DNA of 55,429 nt, filler included, from Sluysia triapertura (taxonomy: Eukaryota), in assembly GCA_046118255.1 (NCBI GenBank). It is 3 parts of 3 records of this genome, joined end to end, with 100 filler letters (N's around TTAATTAATTAA, not from the genome) between each part and the next. Parts side by side here need not be neighbours in the genome. Positions count along the whole stretch, not along the records: positions 1 to 14,200 come from JBJNIA010003780.1; 2 more parts are not named here. One strand, 5' to 3'. Position numbers and translations under genes: made by a program. Below are positions 1 through 13,342 of the stretch, in pieces; within the stretch, counting starts at the first letter, position 1, and each line of letters begins with the position of its first letter. The notes below the pieces were generated by a model, which did not search any database, was not told the DNA's origin, and saw nothing but the letters and a program-made list of their open reading frames with translations.

Positions 1-125
1 AATTAAATATTTGTTTAGAATAAACTATCTAAATATTTATAATTTATCTAACTTCAACTTTATAATTGATTTGTACAATTCGACTTTTAACTTTAAACTT
101 TATACTTTATTTTATTATAACTTTA

Positions 126-126
<1 letters not shown>

Positions 127-177
<51 letters not shown>
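127..177. repeat. (ATT)n microsatellite
   Basis: Perfect ATT run. Similar AAT/ATT runs at 17035-17089, 18902-18962, 32464-32502 and 55366-55429; (TA)n at 933-957; (CA)n at 50191-50210. Confidence 0.95.
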
Positions 178-2779
178 TAAGATTTAGAATAGATTACATT
201 GGAAGTTAAATCGAATTAATTTGATTAATTAATTTGAATTAAATTGATTTGGAGTGACTTTATTAAACTAATCGTTAGTTTAAATTATTTTAAGAGAGTT
301 TCTTTAAAAATTACAAAATACAGGTAATATTAAACTCATATTATCTCGTAATTTCTATTACTAAATAAAATCAGTTTTAAAAATTATCAGTTTAAAAATT
401 AATATTTATAAATACTCGTATAAATTGGATATCTGACGTATTATACTAAAAACTAACATATATAAATTAAAGTAGAGTTAAATAAATAATTTTCCTTTTA
501 TATACAGCGTTTAATATATTTTTTATTCACTGAATTAGTTTATATTTTGTGTTATTCGTTTTATAGTTTTGTTCGATTTCATATTAATTTAGTTAACTCG
601 CATTTTTATCATTAGCTGACAATTTTTAATATAATATTTGTTGTTTATTCGTAATTCAAGGTGAGCTTCAGAAGTGCATTTCATTTATACAAAAATAGCC
701 AAATTAATATTTTCTAATAGTTGTTCACTAAATTATAATAAGCCAAATGCTAATGGAGATTCAGTTAATTGACAACTTTAATAAAAGTTATAAACAAAGA
801 ACCTCCAGTAATTATCTTCTTTAAAACTGCAAAAATTATGTGCTAGCCCTTAAATGAATAAGCCCAGTATCATAGAGGACTCACATCTAAAAGCACATTT
901 AGTTTAATTTAATTTAACTACATTAAATCATCATATATATATATATATATATATATAGTTAGGGATTCACTGTCTTTTAAAATCAAATAGTTTACTAAGG
1001 ATCGTTTGCAAATAGAATTAAGATTTAATTGGATTAAGTGATGATTTTACTTCGGTTTCAAAATTAAACGAAACCCTTAAAAATGATTTTTTTTCGTTGG
1101 TTCCTAATCTGAACCAATAATTCTTAACTACTGATATTAATCAAGATTTTTCTTAGATTTGATTGAAGCAAACCTTTTCTAAACTAATTATTAAACAAAT
1201 AAAACAAATCAGAAATGAATATATATATATATATATTAATGCCAATGGACATTATTACAATAAAATATGATAATACAAGTTAAGAATATATAATAAAATT
1301 TTTCCAAAGATTATCCTCAGCAATTTAAGTTACTGTAATATTTTACTCGGTTAACAGTGTAAACGTTAACTAAAAAGATTTTGAGTGGATTTTACTATGA
1401 GAACTTAAAATATCGCTCAAACTTATAAAAACAAAACTAACGATAATTAAAATCAATAGTTTGAAATCTCGAAGTAAAGTTGAATTCTCTCGAGGATAAA
1501 ATTAATGGTTAAATTTTTTCCCTTTTTTGTGTTGTGATATATTGTGAAATATATAAATACTGTGATATATAAATACTGTTATTTATATATTAAAAATGTT
1601 GACCTTAACTAACTCGATTTAAATAATATATTTTTTATTTTTAGTTTTTTTCGTGGAAAAGTAATTTAATTAATTAATTAACTCAAATATTTACTTTTCT
1701 TGTTTAATTTAAAAATTTTTGTTTAAATTTTTATTTTATTCCAAATATTAGTGAAATTTTAAAGTACTTACATTAATTTAATTCCAATAAAAATTCCAAA
1801 ATGTAAGAATCACATAAAATCAATAATTATTCACATAGTAACGCTAATGCACAATAAAATTAATGTAAATGTTGAATAAATACACACAATGTTGTAATGT
1901 TGTAGTTGTATTACAATACTCCTTAGGGATATATAATAAAAAGGACTCAACGTAGAGAATAGTTTGATATATTACATTTATATAAAAATGTCATTATTAA
2001 TAGATTTTACAATAATAATAAAGGAAAATGATATTATAAGTAGATTAATAATAATTTTAAAATAAAAAAAACAATAATTCTATAATTGAAAAACCAATCA
2101 TATGTAATAAACACGCACTACAATTCACAATGATCAAGTTAAGATAAGAAAACGTTTCAAAAAATAAGAAATTTTTTATAAAAGGAAAAAGCAATAACTT
2201 AACAATAATTAGAACTATTCACTTAAATTTTCTTTTGAACAGATCATTTAATTAAGTTTGAGATTCATTACAGGAACCACAAAATGCAGGTCAAATAAAT
2301 TCAAATTTCACCACTGATTTAATGAGACGCCAAATCTTTTTCCAAAATACAAAAGGTAAATTAAAGTTTAGTATAACTCAATTTTTAGATACTACAGTCG
2401 TTTCATTTTCTTTTTACATTTCATCTTACATTTATTATGCCAAATATAAATTTTGTGATTTATACAAATTACTTTTTATTATTTCGTAATAATAAAAATT
2501 AATAATTAACCGATGATACGTTTACAAAATTGATTTATCATATAGGTTGTATGTTTATAAGTGAAACGATGAAGTGATTACTGAATATATCCTGTAATAG
2601 TTTAACATATTTTAATCTGATATACTTAGGTACTGTGAAGAGCTACGGATGTACTTTTACTTGTAACCTGTAGTAATTAAACCTAACAATTATAGATTTT
2701 AATATAAATATTAAAACAATAAATATGATTATGTCGTAAAAAGAGGACATTTTCAGAAACTGTTGTGAATTTATAAGAT

Positions 2780-2878
2780 ATGGATTATTGTTTAATCGTA
2801 TATTGAGGATCGTTTTATTGTGTAGTTTTATATTGTATACAAATTTGTTTTAAAGTTGAATATGGTGTATTTCGTTAA
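2780..2878 (+). pseudogene. Possible highly decayed Tudor-domain relic
   Basis: Translates MDYCLIVY*GSFYCVVLYCIQICFKVEYGVFR*, resembling Tudor GDxCxAxYxDGxWYRAxV...VxFVDYG. Shares FYCVV with the relic near 20050. Confidence 0.3.
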
Positions 2879-4399
2879 GGTGTAGTTTGTTGTGTTCACA
2901 CTTCTTATGATAGATGATTTTGTGATAAGTACTGTACTTGTTTAAATTAGTTTGGGTATATGTTTACTTTATGTCGAATGTTTAAGGATCAGCTGTGTAT
3001 CATTGAATTATTAACAGTTAGCTGTATCATGTATTTCATAGAGATATTTAAGCGATGTAAGTTTGAAAGATTTTGATGGCCTAATGTCAAAAGTTGAAAA
3101 CATAATATAATAATAATATGTCAATATTTTACATGTCAATGGTCAGCAAATTCGATTCCAAAAGGTTGTAAATAGTATAATAGCCTAATAATGAAATATT
3201 CAAACGAATGTTTCAAACCTACATTACACAATTAAATTTCAAATGGGAGCAAGCACTAGTAACACTACGTACCAAAGATTTTAATGAAACTTATCAGATC
3301 TAGCGCTAAAATAATTATCTTCACTATCGCTGTTATATTATTATAAGAATATGAATTTGAATTTTAAAAGAGTATGAATTTTTCAAAAGCATGAAAATTA
3401 ATTTTATTATTTGTATGTATTAAGAATAATAGATTTAAATAAATTAAAAAAATAATAGAGTTAAAAAATTAAATAAATTAAAAAGTAAGAGTTAAAAATA
3501 AAACATATTTAAATTAAATGAAAAACATCAAGCTGTTATTTTAACAATTTGTAAATCTACTTAATTATTATAATCTGTGGCCTTAGTAATTACTTTTAAT
3601 GATATAAGAATAACCAAATGCTAAATGTTATGTATAAATAGTTTTAGTTTAAAAAATCTTTCGACACTGCAAGAAGTTTTTTACTCGGAGTTTAATTGTC
3701 ACTATTAATTTTTGAAGTTCACTTATTTGGAATCAATAATTTAACGCATACAGAGAAACATCCTTATATTCAAGATCATTTTTACTTGATCAAAATTTTG
3801 GAGAATATTCACTTTGATCTGTTTCGATAGATTCTGTAAGTTTGTTTTTGTATGTTTAAGCTTCCTTAAGAGGTTATAATATGTCTACATAAATTTCATT
3901 CACTTTTAATCTAGCTTAAGCTAGAAATAAGTATCAAATTAAATAATTAAACAATAGTATTTAATTTTATTGTTCTTGTTAGAAGAAGTAATTAGCAATT
4001 TGTTAGATAAAATAATTAGCAAGATCCATAGTAAGACGGATAAATAATTTTAGTAACCTTATTAATAACTGTTTTATTTCTTAAAAGAAAACTAAAATCC
4101 AGTATTAAAAAATTGAAAGAACTCATTAACCACAATTAAAATACTTAGCTTATAAACTAATTTAAGACCTAATTTAATTAATATTTCTTATAAAAACGTT
4201 TATCCATTCAGAATAAATTGTATGTTATAGACAATAAATTTAAATTAAATTAATGTTGCAGGATTTTAAGTTAAAGAAAAAGGAAATAAAAAACCTTGCA
4301 TAACAATGTGCATATTAGGAACAGAGCATAGGTTGCTGCTGTATAATAAAATATGTATCAATGCGTATTTTAGTAAATAGTACATTTTAGTAGTATGAT

Positions 4400-4720
4400 A
4401 AAATTACAAAATATATTTTAATACAGATTATGGTTATTATAAAGCAATTTTTTAAATATTTTTAAGGGTGGTCGATGTTATGCTTAAAGTATCTCTAGCT
4501 AGTGAAGCATAAACGGATAGAGTGGTATTTATTGAACTGCTATGATTTCGAATTATATGTTTATTATAGGATGTGTTTGAAAGTAGGATGACTCATACCT
4601 ATATTATCACATTGTCGTAAAGATGCTTGGTATTAGTAGCACTATCATCAGAAAGCCTTAGTTCCAGATTGTAAGTTTAGGGAAATAGCTTTAACGAAAT
4701 TTGTGGAAGGCTTGATATGT
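4400..4720 (+). mobile_element. Possible LTR-retrotransposon RNase H/integrase-junction relic
   Basis: Fragments FNTDYGYYKAIF, WYLLNCYDFELY and LVPDCKFREIAL resemble Ty3/gypsy TDHKPL..IF, RW...YDFEI.Y and VP..LR..IL. A protease-like ILHVNGQQIRFQ lies upstream at about 3126-3162 on the same strand. Confidence 0.25.
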
Positions 4721-5086
4721 ATAAATTTATTCTTAAATTGAAATTTTTTTGTTTGATTAAAAATCTTAAAACATTAGTGTGGTGATACAGGCCGTTACAT
4801 CAGATACATTACAATCATCAACCACACTAAAATATGATTCACCCACAACATTTGTATTATTATACTCTACATCATCAATAAATTACAGATATACAATCAA
4901 ATCTCTTTTATTAACATTTTATTTAAAACATAACACGTAATGCCTATTGTCATCTAATCATCATTGTAAAACCATCCTTTTATTGTGTTAGCCATTCATT
5001 ACACACTGCTGTGTAAATTAATATTATTATTTTACTATAATTGTGTTTATGTTTATGTATCGTGATATACGAGGTAGTATACATTG

Positions 5087-5572
5087 AACCTGCAAGGGAA
5101 GGACTACACGTATGGACGCAAATTGAATATTCATCGTTCGTACGATGTAATATCAGAAAAGATTCATTACGACATCGGATGTCTGAAAAAGGTTATTAAT
5201 TGTAAGTGGTAATTAAGAAACATGTTCCAAGTCAAGGAGATGAATTTAAATGTTTTTGAAGTACAAATCAAAAACAAAGAGGTTAACTTCTAAATCCCTT
5301 TCCGAATTCAAGTTACGCATTACCGATTTCAAATCTAATCTCGATTCCAGCATTTCGATGAAAGTCAGACCAATGTGTTACGCTGTCGAAAGTTAAGTGT
5401 TGAAGATAATTATGTTCGTGAAGAGCTGGGTCATAACAATGCCGTCTATAAGTTGTCGGAAATCGCCTTCTGGATTAAAAATAACGCTCGTGAATTTGTT
5501 AAAAGTATTTTTCAGAGTCATGTATTGCTTTTCAAAAATTATTATAGTTACATTTTGCTATTACTCAAATAA
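5087..5572 (+). mobile_element. Decayed BEL/Pao-like pol fragment (pre-integrase and H2C2 zinc-binding region)
   Basis: One frame with three TAA stops: ...FQHFDESQTNVLRCRKL...YVREELGHNNAVYKLSEIAFWIKNNAREFVKSIFQSHVL. Matches BEL/Pao PFLD.DGILRC.GRL and H...GH......FWI..AR..VK.V...C..C patterns. Confidence 0.45.
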
Positions 5573-5856
5573 AATGTTCTCATGTTATTTTTATTTTATT
5601 AGTCCTCAGAGGCATGTGAACAATATTTTAGTGTGCCTTAAGCACCAAATTTCTAAACATTGATACTAGTTTTAATTTTTGTAAATTTTATAAATTAAGT
5701 AAAAACATCTTTATAATAAATGGAAACTTTATAGTAATGCAAATAATACATATTTCAACAATTAGATTTGTTAAAAAGTTTTATAATTGTTATTATCATT
5801 TAATTTAATTTTAACTATATTAGCAATGCTTTTAGCCTTAACGGCTTTTATAAAAT

Positions 5857-6653
5857 TCATAAAATTACATTCAGACAAAATAATTTAAATTTTATATTAA
5901 ACAATTTTATATTAAATAATAAAATATCGAAATTTAGCAAACAAAATTCAAACACACAAGAATTAACTAAACAGTCATGTAACAGTACATTACTAGGATT
6001 CACTAAAGCATTATTAACTGAATTGTTTTGTTTCTCGAATTTCCATTTTCTGTCGTTCGAATTCGTCAAATTTAAAATAATATCAAATATATCTTTGGTC
6101 ACATATATGTGCTTAAAATGATTATTTGGTTTTAAATGTATCGGTTTGTGTCGATTAAGTATTAGTTGCGCCGAAAGAACATTTTCTGAGTTTTCATCGT
6201 TTTTATTTATACGAATTAAGTCTGATAAGCTGTCGAAATTGAACATTTTTCATTAATCTTTTTCATTATACTCAGATCTTTCAGTGGCATATGGTAAACG
6301 ATTAACTGTTATGTTTTCTGACAGTTTAGAGCTAGCTAAATAAATATGAAATAAATTTCCACCTTTTAAAAAATTTCCATAATTTTGTTTATAAAATAAA
6401 ACCTCTATCAAACGGAAACTACTCAAAACTGTATTATGAGATATACAGCATTTTTCACTTGAAGTAAAACAACTTTTTCCTTTAACGTATCAAGAGTAAA
6501 CACATAAATAATAAGACTACGTAGGGGAATTAAAGAAAAATAGTACATTATATCTGATGACGAAGATTTTCTCTTTCTTTTCGTATAAAATTTTAATGTT
6601 GCGTAACTTGAATTATTAAAATCAATTTGACAATTAAAACAATTTTCCAACAT
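5857..6653 (-). pseudogene. Decayed intronless ORF, unknown family
   Basis: Co-oriented ORF fragments 6423-6653 and 5857-6246 with protein-like sequence between them; no recognisable motif. Confidence 0.3.
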
Positions 6654-7409
6654 TTAACATAATAAATATTGATTAATTTTTACAAAGATTTAATTAATAA
6701 GCTTTATGAAATTATTATATAAGTAATTTTAATTTTTTAAAGCAGTTTCTAAGTTTACCAATTTTGACTTTTCGCATAATAATTGTTAAATTTATAAAAT
6801 GGTATTGTAATGTGTATTGTAAATATCTAAGGTGTAATAATATTTGTAAAACTTATTCTTAACTTATTCAAATTATTAAAATAATTATTAAATCACTTAT
6901 GGGCTTTTATATATCAAAACTTATAATGATATTTATATTTATATTTATATTTTATATTTATATTTTACTTGTTTACTTTCAGTTTATATCTTATGGTATA
7001 TATTATGATAATAATTCTAAAATTATAGTAATTATAAATTATTATGATTGTGTTTTGTTTGAAGAGAGTAAACTGTTTAGTAATTTATTTATGCATGAAG
7101 TGCTGTTTTGTAAAGAGATGTGTTTGTGATTGTGATGGGTTGATTGGAGTTCACAAAAGTAAGATAGAAGGCCTTACTAATGTGGAGTTAAATTAATTCA
7201 AAGACATTTACATATAATTACCAGATTATTTTAGCATTGAAATTGAAAATTTTAAATAAAAATTTTATTTCTATATAATTTGTGTTCAAGTATTTATTTT
7301 ATTTATGACATAAATCAAAGACATAAAATTGTTCGCTTTAAAGTTTCCTGACAAACTAAGTTTTGCATTTTTAAATAATCTATAATAAGAATAAGAAAAT
7401 CATAAAAAT

Positions 7410-8153
7410 TCAGATCAAGATTATAAAAATTACTTTGTTAGTGTCTTCATTAGCGAAACATGACATTGTGGATAACGTCTCATCAAAATTTGTCAAGATT
7501 GGCGTAATTTCGTTCCATCCGTGCGAATAAGGGCAAAATTCACCACATTTTACGCATTGATTAGTTATCGTAGTCTGTTATGGACAGATTATGCATATAA
7601 GGTTTAATCTTTTACCTAAAAAGTTGTTTACGAATTGATGATGCGTTAGAATTCCGAGACTTGTATTTATAATATTTGGGGTTTCGTCATAATTGTTTGT
7701 ATTATACTTTATGAAGTTTAAAAATTGCCTCGATTTATGATGATTCATCTTTACTTCATCTGTTTTTGAAACGATTAAGATATCTTGCAAACTTCTTAAA
7801 TGTATTAACTCTTTATTACGCTGGTTAACAAATAGATCATTGAAATTCAATTCATCATAATGATTTAGTACCACTTTAGTAGATATTTTAACTTGATCAT
7901 GATTATTTAGCATGCTGCTACTATGCCTTATATTGGAAACTTATGCATTCAATTTTAAGAATTCGTCACTTTGTGATTTGCGTGAAAATATTGATTGAAT
8001 TTGTACTAAATCTTTTAGACCAGAACCTACATATTCTCTAAAATCGTTGTTTTGTGTGCAATTTTCACCGAATCTATCATAGAATATTACTCCGGTGTCA
8101 TCTTTAATATAAAACGGTGTTACACTTTTATCAAATCGGTATTCTGATGCCAC
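7410..8153 (-). pseudogene. Pseudogenised ORF with a C-terminal CCCH-type zinc finger
   Basis: ORFs 7941-8153 and 7578-7913 and the continuation to TGA at 7410-7412 share one frame (247 codons, two TAA stops). Contains ICIICP*QTTITNQCVKCGEFCPYSHGWNEI, with a C..G..C.(Y/F).HG..E CCCH tail. Confidence 0.55.
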
Positions 8154-11100
8154 ATCAAGATTTAATTGACTAACAGACCATGTCTAATCTCACGATACAT
8201 TCGACTAATAAATGATTTAGGAATTATATGATTATAGTAACAGTTAAATTGATTAAATATATGATTAATGTAAAATTCTAATAATTTTCACTAGTGTTTA
8301 TCGCTTTATTGACTAAATAATGTTCAACCATATGTCCGACTATTAATTCTTGGATATTATTGAGATTTACTGTTTTTTAAATGTTTAAGATAAAATTCTT
8401 GTAAGTTTTTCTTTTTTACCAACTTTTAATTATGAATGATATTGTCTATTTTTAACAAAATTTTTGTGACAATAATTGGTGTCAAAATTTCAAGTAATAA
8501 ACTATAATATCAATTATTGGCTGACCAGTTGTAATTTCAGATTAACATTGATTAGGAATGATTATTATTGGATGGCCAAGGACATAGACAGTAAGACTTG
8601 CACCAACACACAATTCCGATTCTCAGCCCGTCTGGCAGATGTTGCTCTAAAAAATTAAAATTAAATTTCTGTACTAATAACTATCATTATTCGACAGTTA
8701 ACAAGATGGTTTGTATTATATTTAATTAAAACTGTCGGCTAATGACATTTTATATAATGAAGAACAGTTTTGATATAAATAATGAAAAATAATAGTGCAA
8801 GTAATATAATAGTAATAATAATAATGATAATAATAATAAATATGTCAATAATGATAATAATAATAAAAATGAAAGTAATAATAATTAAAATAAAATAATA
8901 ATAATATAAAATGAAAATAAAACACATGTATACATAATTCTTTCAAATTGGTCTTATATTTTAAGCATATAAATCTTTGCATTCTTTTATAACTTAATTT
9001 GACTTTTTACTTTGATAACTAAAACCGAGTACATAATAATCTTTCTCTTAATTCTTATTGTCGTATCAAAAGAATTTATGTAAATATAAAAAGGTAACAA
9101 CGTAGTTAAAGATGTTGAAAGAAATTCCATTTTGATTATAATGATGTTTTACAATAACTTTGAAATATCCTTGAAAGTCAATATATAAACAAAACAAACT
9201 TTTATTTTTATTATTTTCATTTATTATTATTATTCAACTAAATATTATTAATATTTTGTTAATAACATCACAGTATTATTATTAAAATTATTTTACTACA
9301 AAATGTTATTTAAGATGCACAGTCACTATCATATTATAATTATAATAATTATTAAAATTATTACGATGCGGTATGAGGTAGATGTGCAATCTAACATATG
9401 TAAATAAAAATATATTTAATATTATATCATCATAAAAGACAATTATTTTCATTTGAATTTATTAAAATTTTAACGATTTATTTGGAATAAAAAATAAACA
9501 TTTTAACAGGCCATAATTAATTATGAATTTTATGTTTTAAATTATAAAATTCATTGCTAAATTTTCTTTCGCAAACAAATCCTGTTATTTATATAAAACG
9601 CCTGTCGTAATTTAAATAGATTTTTTATTTGTTTTGATATTTTTCAATAGTTTTTCATTTTGTAAAATTTTATTAATTCAAAGGTGTTCCATTCCAAAAC
9701 ATAACTACTATCGTGTTTATTTTGGTTTTTTCGTGTGTGTAAATTTCACCAAATTGTACAAAATTGAAAAAAAACTATAAAGTAGTTAGTAATTTAATTG
9801 TTTAATCCTTAGTGACGTAAAAAACAAACATAATACATTTTAAAATGAAATTATCCTTATTTTGTAAAAACAATATTCTGTAAATTAAATTCAAAAGCTA
9901 TTTGATGTTATACTTTTCTTTCAAATTTCTCATACTTCACAATCATATTATCTAGCAGTTGCATGTGCAAATTCACAAGCGTTTGTTTTTTAGTAGTTTT
10001 AAATTTTACACAAATTATGATTGTCAATTATAAATCATAGATATCTGCTTTAACTGAAACCATATTACTAAAACAATTGCTGTTTCTAAACACAAATATG
10101 TAACACTTTTTATTCATAACATTTACAAATTATATTTGCGTTAATATGAAATAATTTTCATGTTCACATTTTTATAGCAAAATATTTATTAATATTTAAT
10201 TAAAGCAAGTAAAATTATGTTTGCACATTTAATTAAAATGAAAATTAAATTTACAAAATATTATAACTGTTAATTTACCATAAACACATGCAATTAAAGC
10301 AAAGCATTAGAGACGAAACAAATGAAATTATGCATTTACCTTTTTGAAATAATTGTACAAAAACGATTTTTAAACAAGTAAAATTATTAAATTTAACAAT
10401 ATGAAATTATTTTATAATATATTTATTTTGATAATACAATAATTCTTTCTACGAAACTAATTTGACTTTTAAATTTATTTTCTTATTTTTCTCAGACAAT
10501 AATTTTTTGACCTTAATTAAAAACGACTATTTATCAAATTTATTAATTATGCAGTTCAAAAATAAATTAATAATAAATGTATTTACAAAACAAAATCAAC
10601 ATAGTAACACATTTAACTAATAAGACAATATTATTACTAGGCACACAAGACAAAAACTTGATTTATGGTCCAACCATTATTTCTCCTACTCTATTCGGCC
10701 TATTTGTCCTAAATTAATTTTCACATTCAAATAACAATTATTAGAATTAAAAACATAAATGAAAATAATGAATTTAACATTACTTTTCCGAATTCAATTA
10801 ATTTTCAGTTATTCACATTCAATTTTCTAATTGAAACTGTTTAAGGTTCTTATTCTAAAACAGATTATTCTATAAACATTTCGAAATTCATTTCAAGATT
10901 CTTCTCTTTCATACCAATCTTATCATATTCAATTCATTGTCATTTCATCATTCTAAATATGAAACATTTTCTATTTTAGAAAATTTGATTTCTTTGCATG
11001 AATTAAATCAAATCACATCGTCATCCAAAACAAACACGTGCTCTGTCATAACTTTGTCATTCCGAATTCAAACGTTATTATAAAAATGTTAGGTTGTCAT

Positions 11101-11965
11101 CACATCCCTTAATACTACAAAACCGCTATAAAACAACTTAAAATATTAATTTATCTTATTTTCTAAAACAGAAACTTATTTTCTTAAAAAGGAAATATTA
11201 TTTTTTCCTGGAGAAAATAAAAAATTATAAATATGAAAATCTCTTTTAAACGATATTTTTATCCCGATGTAAAAATGTGTTTAGTTAAAATTTTATAAAG
11301 ATATAACACAAAAATAAACACAAACTGTATAAATAATTGACTAATTTAATCAAGAGATTTTGAACTTGATAATGTCTGCCAATTCCGATAGTTAAGATGT
11401 ATTTGATACTCAGAGTGAAATAACAATCGACACTGAATTAATAAATGCCTAAAACAATATCTTGCACGATGCGATGATAGTGACCACGTTGCACTGAAAG
11501 TATGACAGAGATATAATCTGTTAGATTTAGGTGATTTCAAATGTTCGGATAAAAGGTTTAAGGTTGATGTAAGTAAAGTATTGTTAAGTCCATATGGTAG
11601 GTTAAAGCTGAATTTTTCTCAAGAATTTTATGTAAAACCTTTTTTTGTTACTTATTAAGTCATTGATAATATATTTTGTTTCCGTTGCATACCCATGACA
11701 ATATTCTTTAGATAATATAAAATTATAATTAGATGATTATAACTTATTAATACTTCACGAAAGGACTCTCTTTTTATCATTCATATGCCGTTTAGATTCC
11801 ACTTTGGTTACGTTTACGTTTAATTCAGATTTATTTCAATCTAAAAACCAATTGATACAATAAAAGGAGAGTTTATTTCAACTCCCATCCTACATTTAAC
11901 TTTATCAGAACTATTTATTATGTTAACTAATTGAATGTCACCTACATTTGTTTCACTTCTTGATT

Positions 11966-13342
11966 TTAGATACATATGGAGTTTATTGATATATTAACTG
12001 TATATTTAAATGTTTTATGAAGAATGAGAACCATGGAAAAGTTTGAGGGCGTAAAGATCTGCAGATGAAGATAGATGTGGCTGAGTAGAACACCTACCGG
12101 AAGACGTAATTTAAAATTATGGTCGAGTAGAGTATCGCCTTTTGTAAGGTTATTGACATTCACATTTATATTATCTACTGAGTATTTGAAACATTTAAGA
12201 CGGATGTTAAAATTAGTTAATTTGTGTCGTTTACAGCCAATGTTAGAGACATTGAATTTAAGACGTTTAAAATAGATATTTATTAAAATTTTAATATTTA
12301 CAAGACTAGTTAATTTATATCGTTTATAGCAGATATTAAACACATTGAATTTAAGACCTTTAAAATAAACATTTATTAAAATATTAATGTTTGTTAGCAT
12401 GATATATTTGTTCAGTGGTGTGCAGCTGGATCGTCCTTCTTCGTTACAGGATCCAATTTTGCTAAGGTATAGATTAAAATATCTGGAATAACAAAATATA
12501 ATAATATAATTATAAAAAGAATTAAGCGTATTTAGACTTGATTTATATTCAAACAAATACATACCTTCATTAAGACTAAGTGTATGTTCCACAACATCAG
12601 TCATGCTATCTATACAACTCGTGCGTATGCCAATATTGAATATTTGGTTCATAAGATCATTGAGACTATTTACACGTTTCATACTTTTACTAACTTTGAA
12701 TACATGATTCATATGATCATTAAGACTAATTACAGGATTCATGCTTATACTAACATTGGATATTTGGTTCATAAGATCATTGAGATTATTTACACGATTC
12801 ATGCTTTTAAATTTAACGGAATAAACAGAATATGACTTTGGTCTTTCATCTTGCTTCATTTTCGAGAATTCAGAGTAATTAACTATCATACCTATAAAAA
12901 AGACATTTGGCTTCAAGCTCTTTGAAGTATTATTAATTGTTGAATAAACTTGATCATAAGATTCATAGCTATGGTTAGATATAAATTCACTGAAATTATT
13001 ATTTGTGGAATCCATACTGTGAGGATCTGCGGGAAATAAACATCTACGATTCTCGTATCTTGCCTGACTTCCTTTAACTGGAACTTCTGCAATATCTAAA
13101 AATATAACGTGGTCGACTCCTGCTTTATTGTACTCTGTTATGTCATCACCCTTGCCAGAAACGAGATCTAAAACTTTAACAGAAAGTGCATCACGTCTAA
13201 AACTATCCATCACATAAGTTATCAGAACACTTTTGGTACTATTGTTTAAGTTTCGCGAGCAAATGGTCGCTGATTCATTACGCTTTGACAAATTATTCTT
13301 TAAATTATCGTTGTGATTCTTAACTGAATCAGCATCGGACAT
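11966..13342 (-). CDS. RNMT (mRNA cap guanine-N7 methyltransferase)-derived chimeric ORF, 458 aa, intronless, probably catalytically dead or a young pseudogene
   Basis: ATG at 13342. VKNH..KRNES..RNLNNSTKSVLI, VLDLVSGKGDD, FLDIAEVPV..SQARY, SYESYDQV and LKPNVFFIG are collinear with RNMT RNFNNWxKSVLI, VLDLGCGKGGD, DIAxVSVxQCxxRY, SFESYEQA and LxPGGYFIG. The C-terminal two-thirds is unrelated and contains tandem repeats. Confidence 0.75.
   Translation of the reverse strand: MSDADSVKNHNDNLKNNLSKRNESATICSRNLNNSTKSVLITYVMDSFRRDALSVKVLDLVSGKGDDITEYNKAGVDHVIFLDIAEVPVKGSQARYENRRCLFPADPHSMDSTNNNFSEFISNHSYESYDQVYSTINNTSKSLKPNVFFIGMIVNYSEFSKMKQDERPKSYSVYSVKFKSMNRVNNLNDLMNQISNVSISMNPVISLNDHMNHVFKVSKSMKRVNSLNDLMNQIFNIGIRTSCIDSMTDVVEHTLSLNEGMYLFEYKSSLNTLNSFYNYIIIFCYSRYFNLYLSKIGSCNEEGRSSCTPLNKYIMLTNINILINVYFKGLKFNVFNICYKRYKLTSLVNIKILINIYFKRLKFNVSNIGCKRHKLTNFNIRLKCFKYSVDNINVNVNNLTKGDTLLDHNFKLRLPVGVLLSHIYLHLQIFTPSNFSMVLILHKTFKYTVNISINSICI
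12205..12400. repeat. 93-bp tandem repeat (about 2.2 copies) inside the RNMT-derived ORF
   Basis: TAGTTAATTT at 12214 and 12307; encodes 31-aa units (NIxILINxYFKxLKFNVxNIxxKRxKLT). Confidence 0.85.
12601..12810. repeat. 60-bp tandem repeat (about 3.5 copies, 120-bp higher order) inside the RNMT-derived ORF
   Basis: Successive 60-nt lines align; TATTTGGTTCATAAGATCATTGAGA recurs at 120-nt spacing; encodes 20-aa units SMxRVNSLNDLMNQIxNVxx. Confidence 0.9.

Noticed and set aside
3025-3085. HVFHRDI as a protein-kinase catalytic loop
   Set aside because: Followed immediately by a stop; no other kinase motifs in order.
12601-12810. CRISPR-like array
   Set aside because: Contiguous degenerate tandem units without unique spacers, in eukaryotic context.
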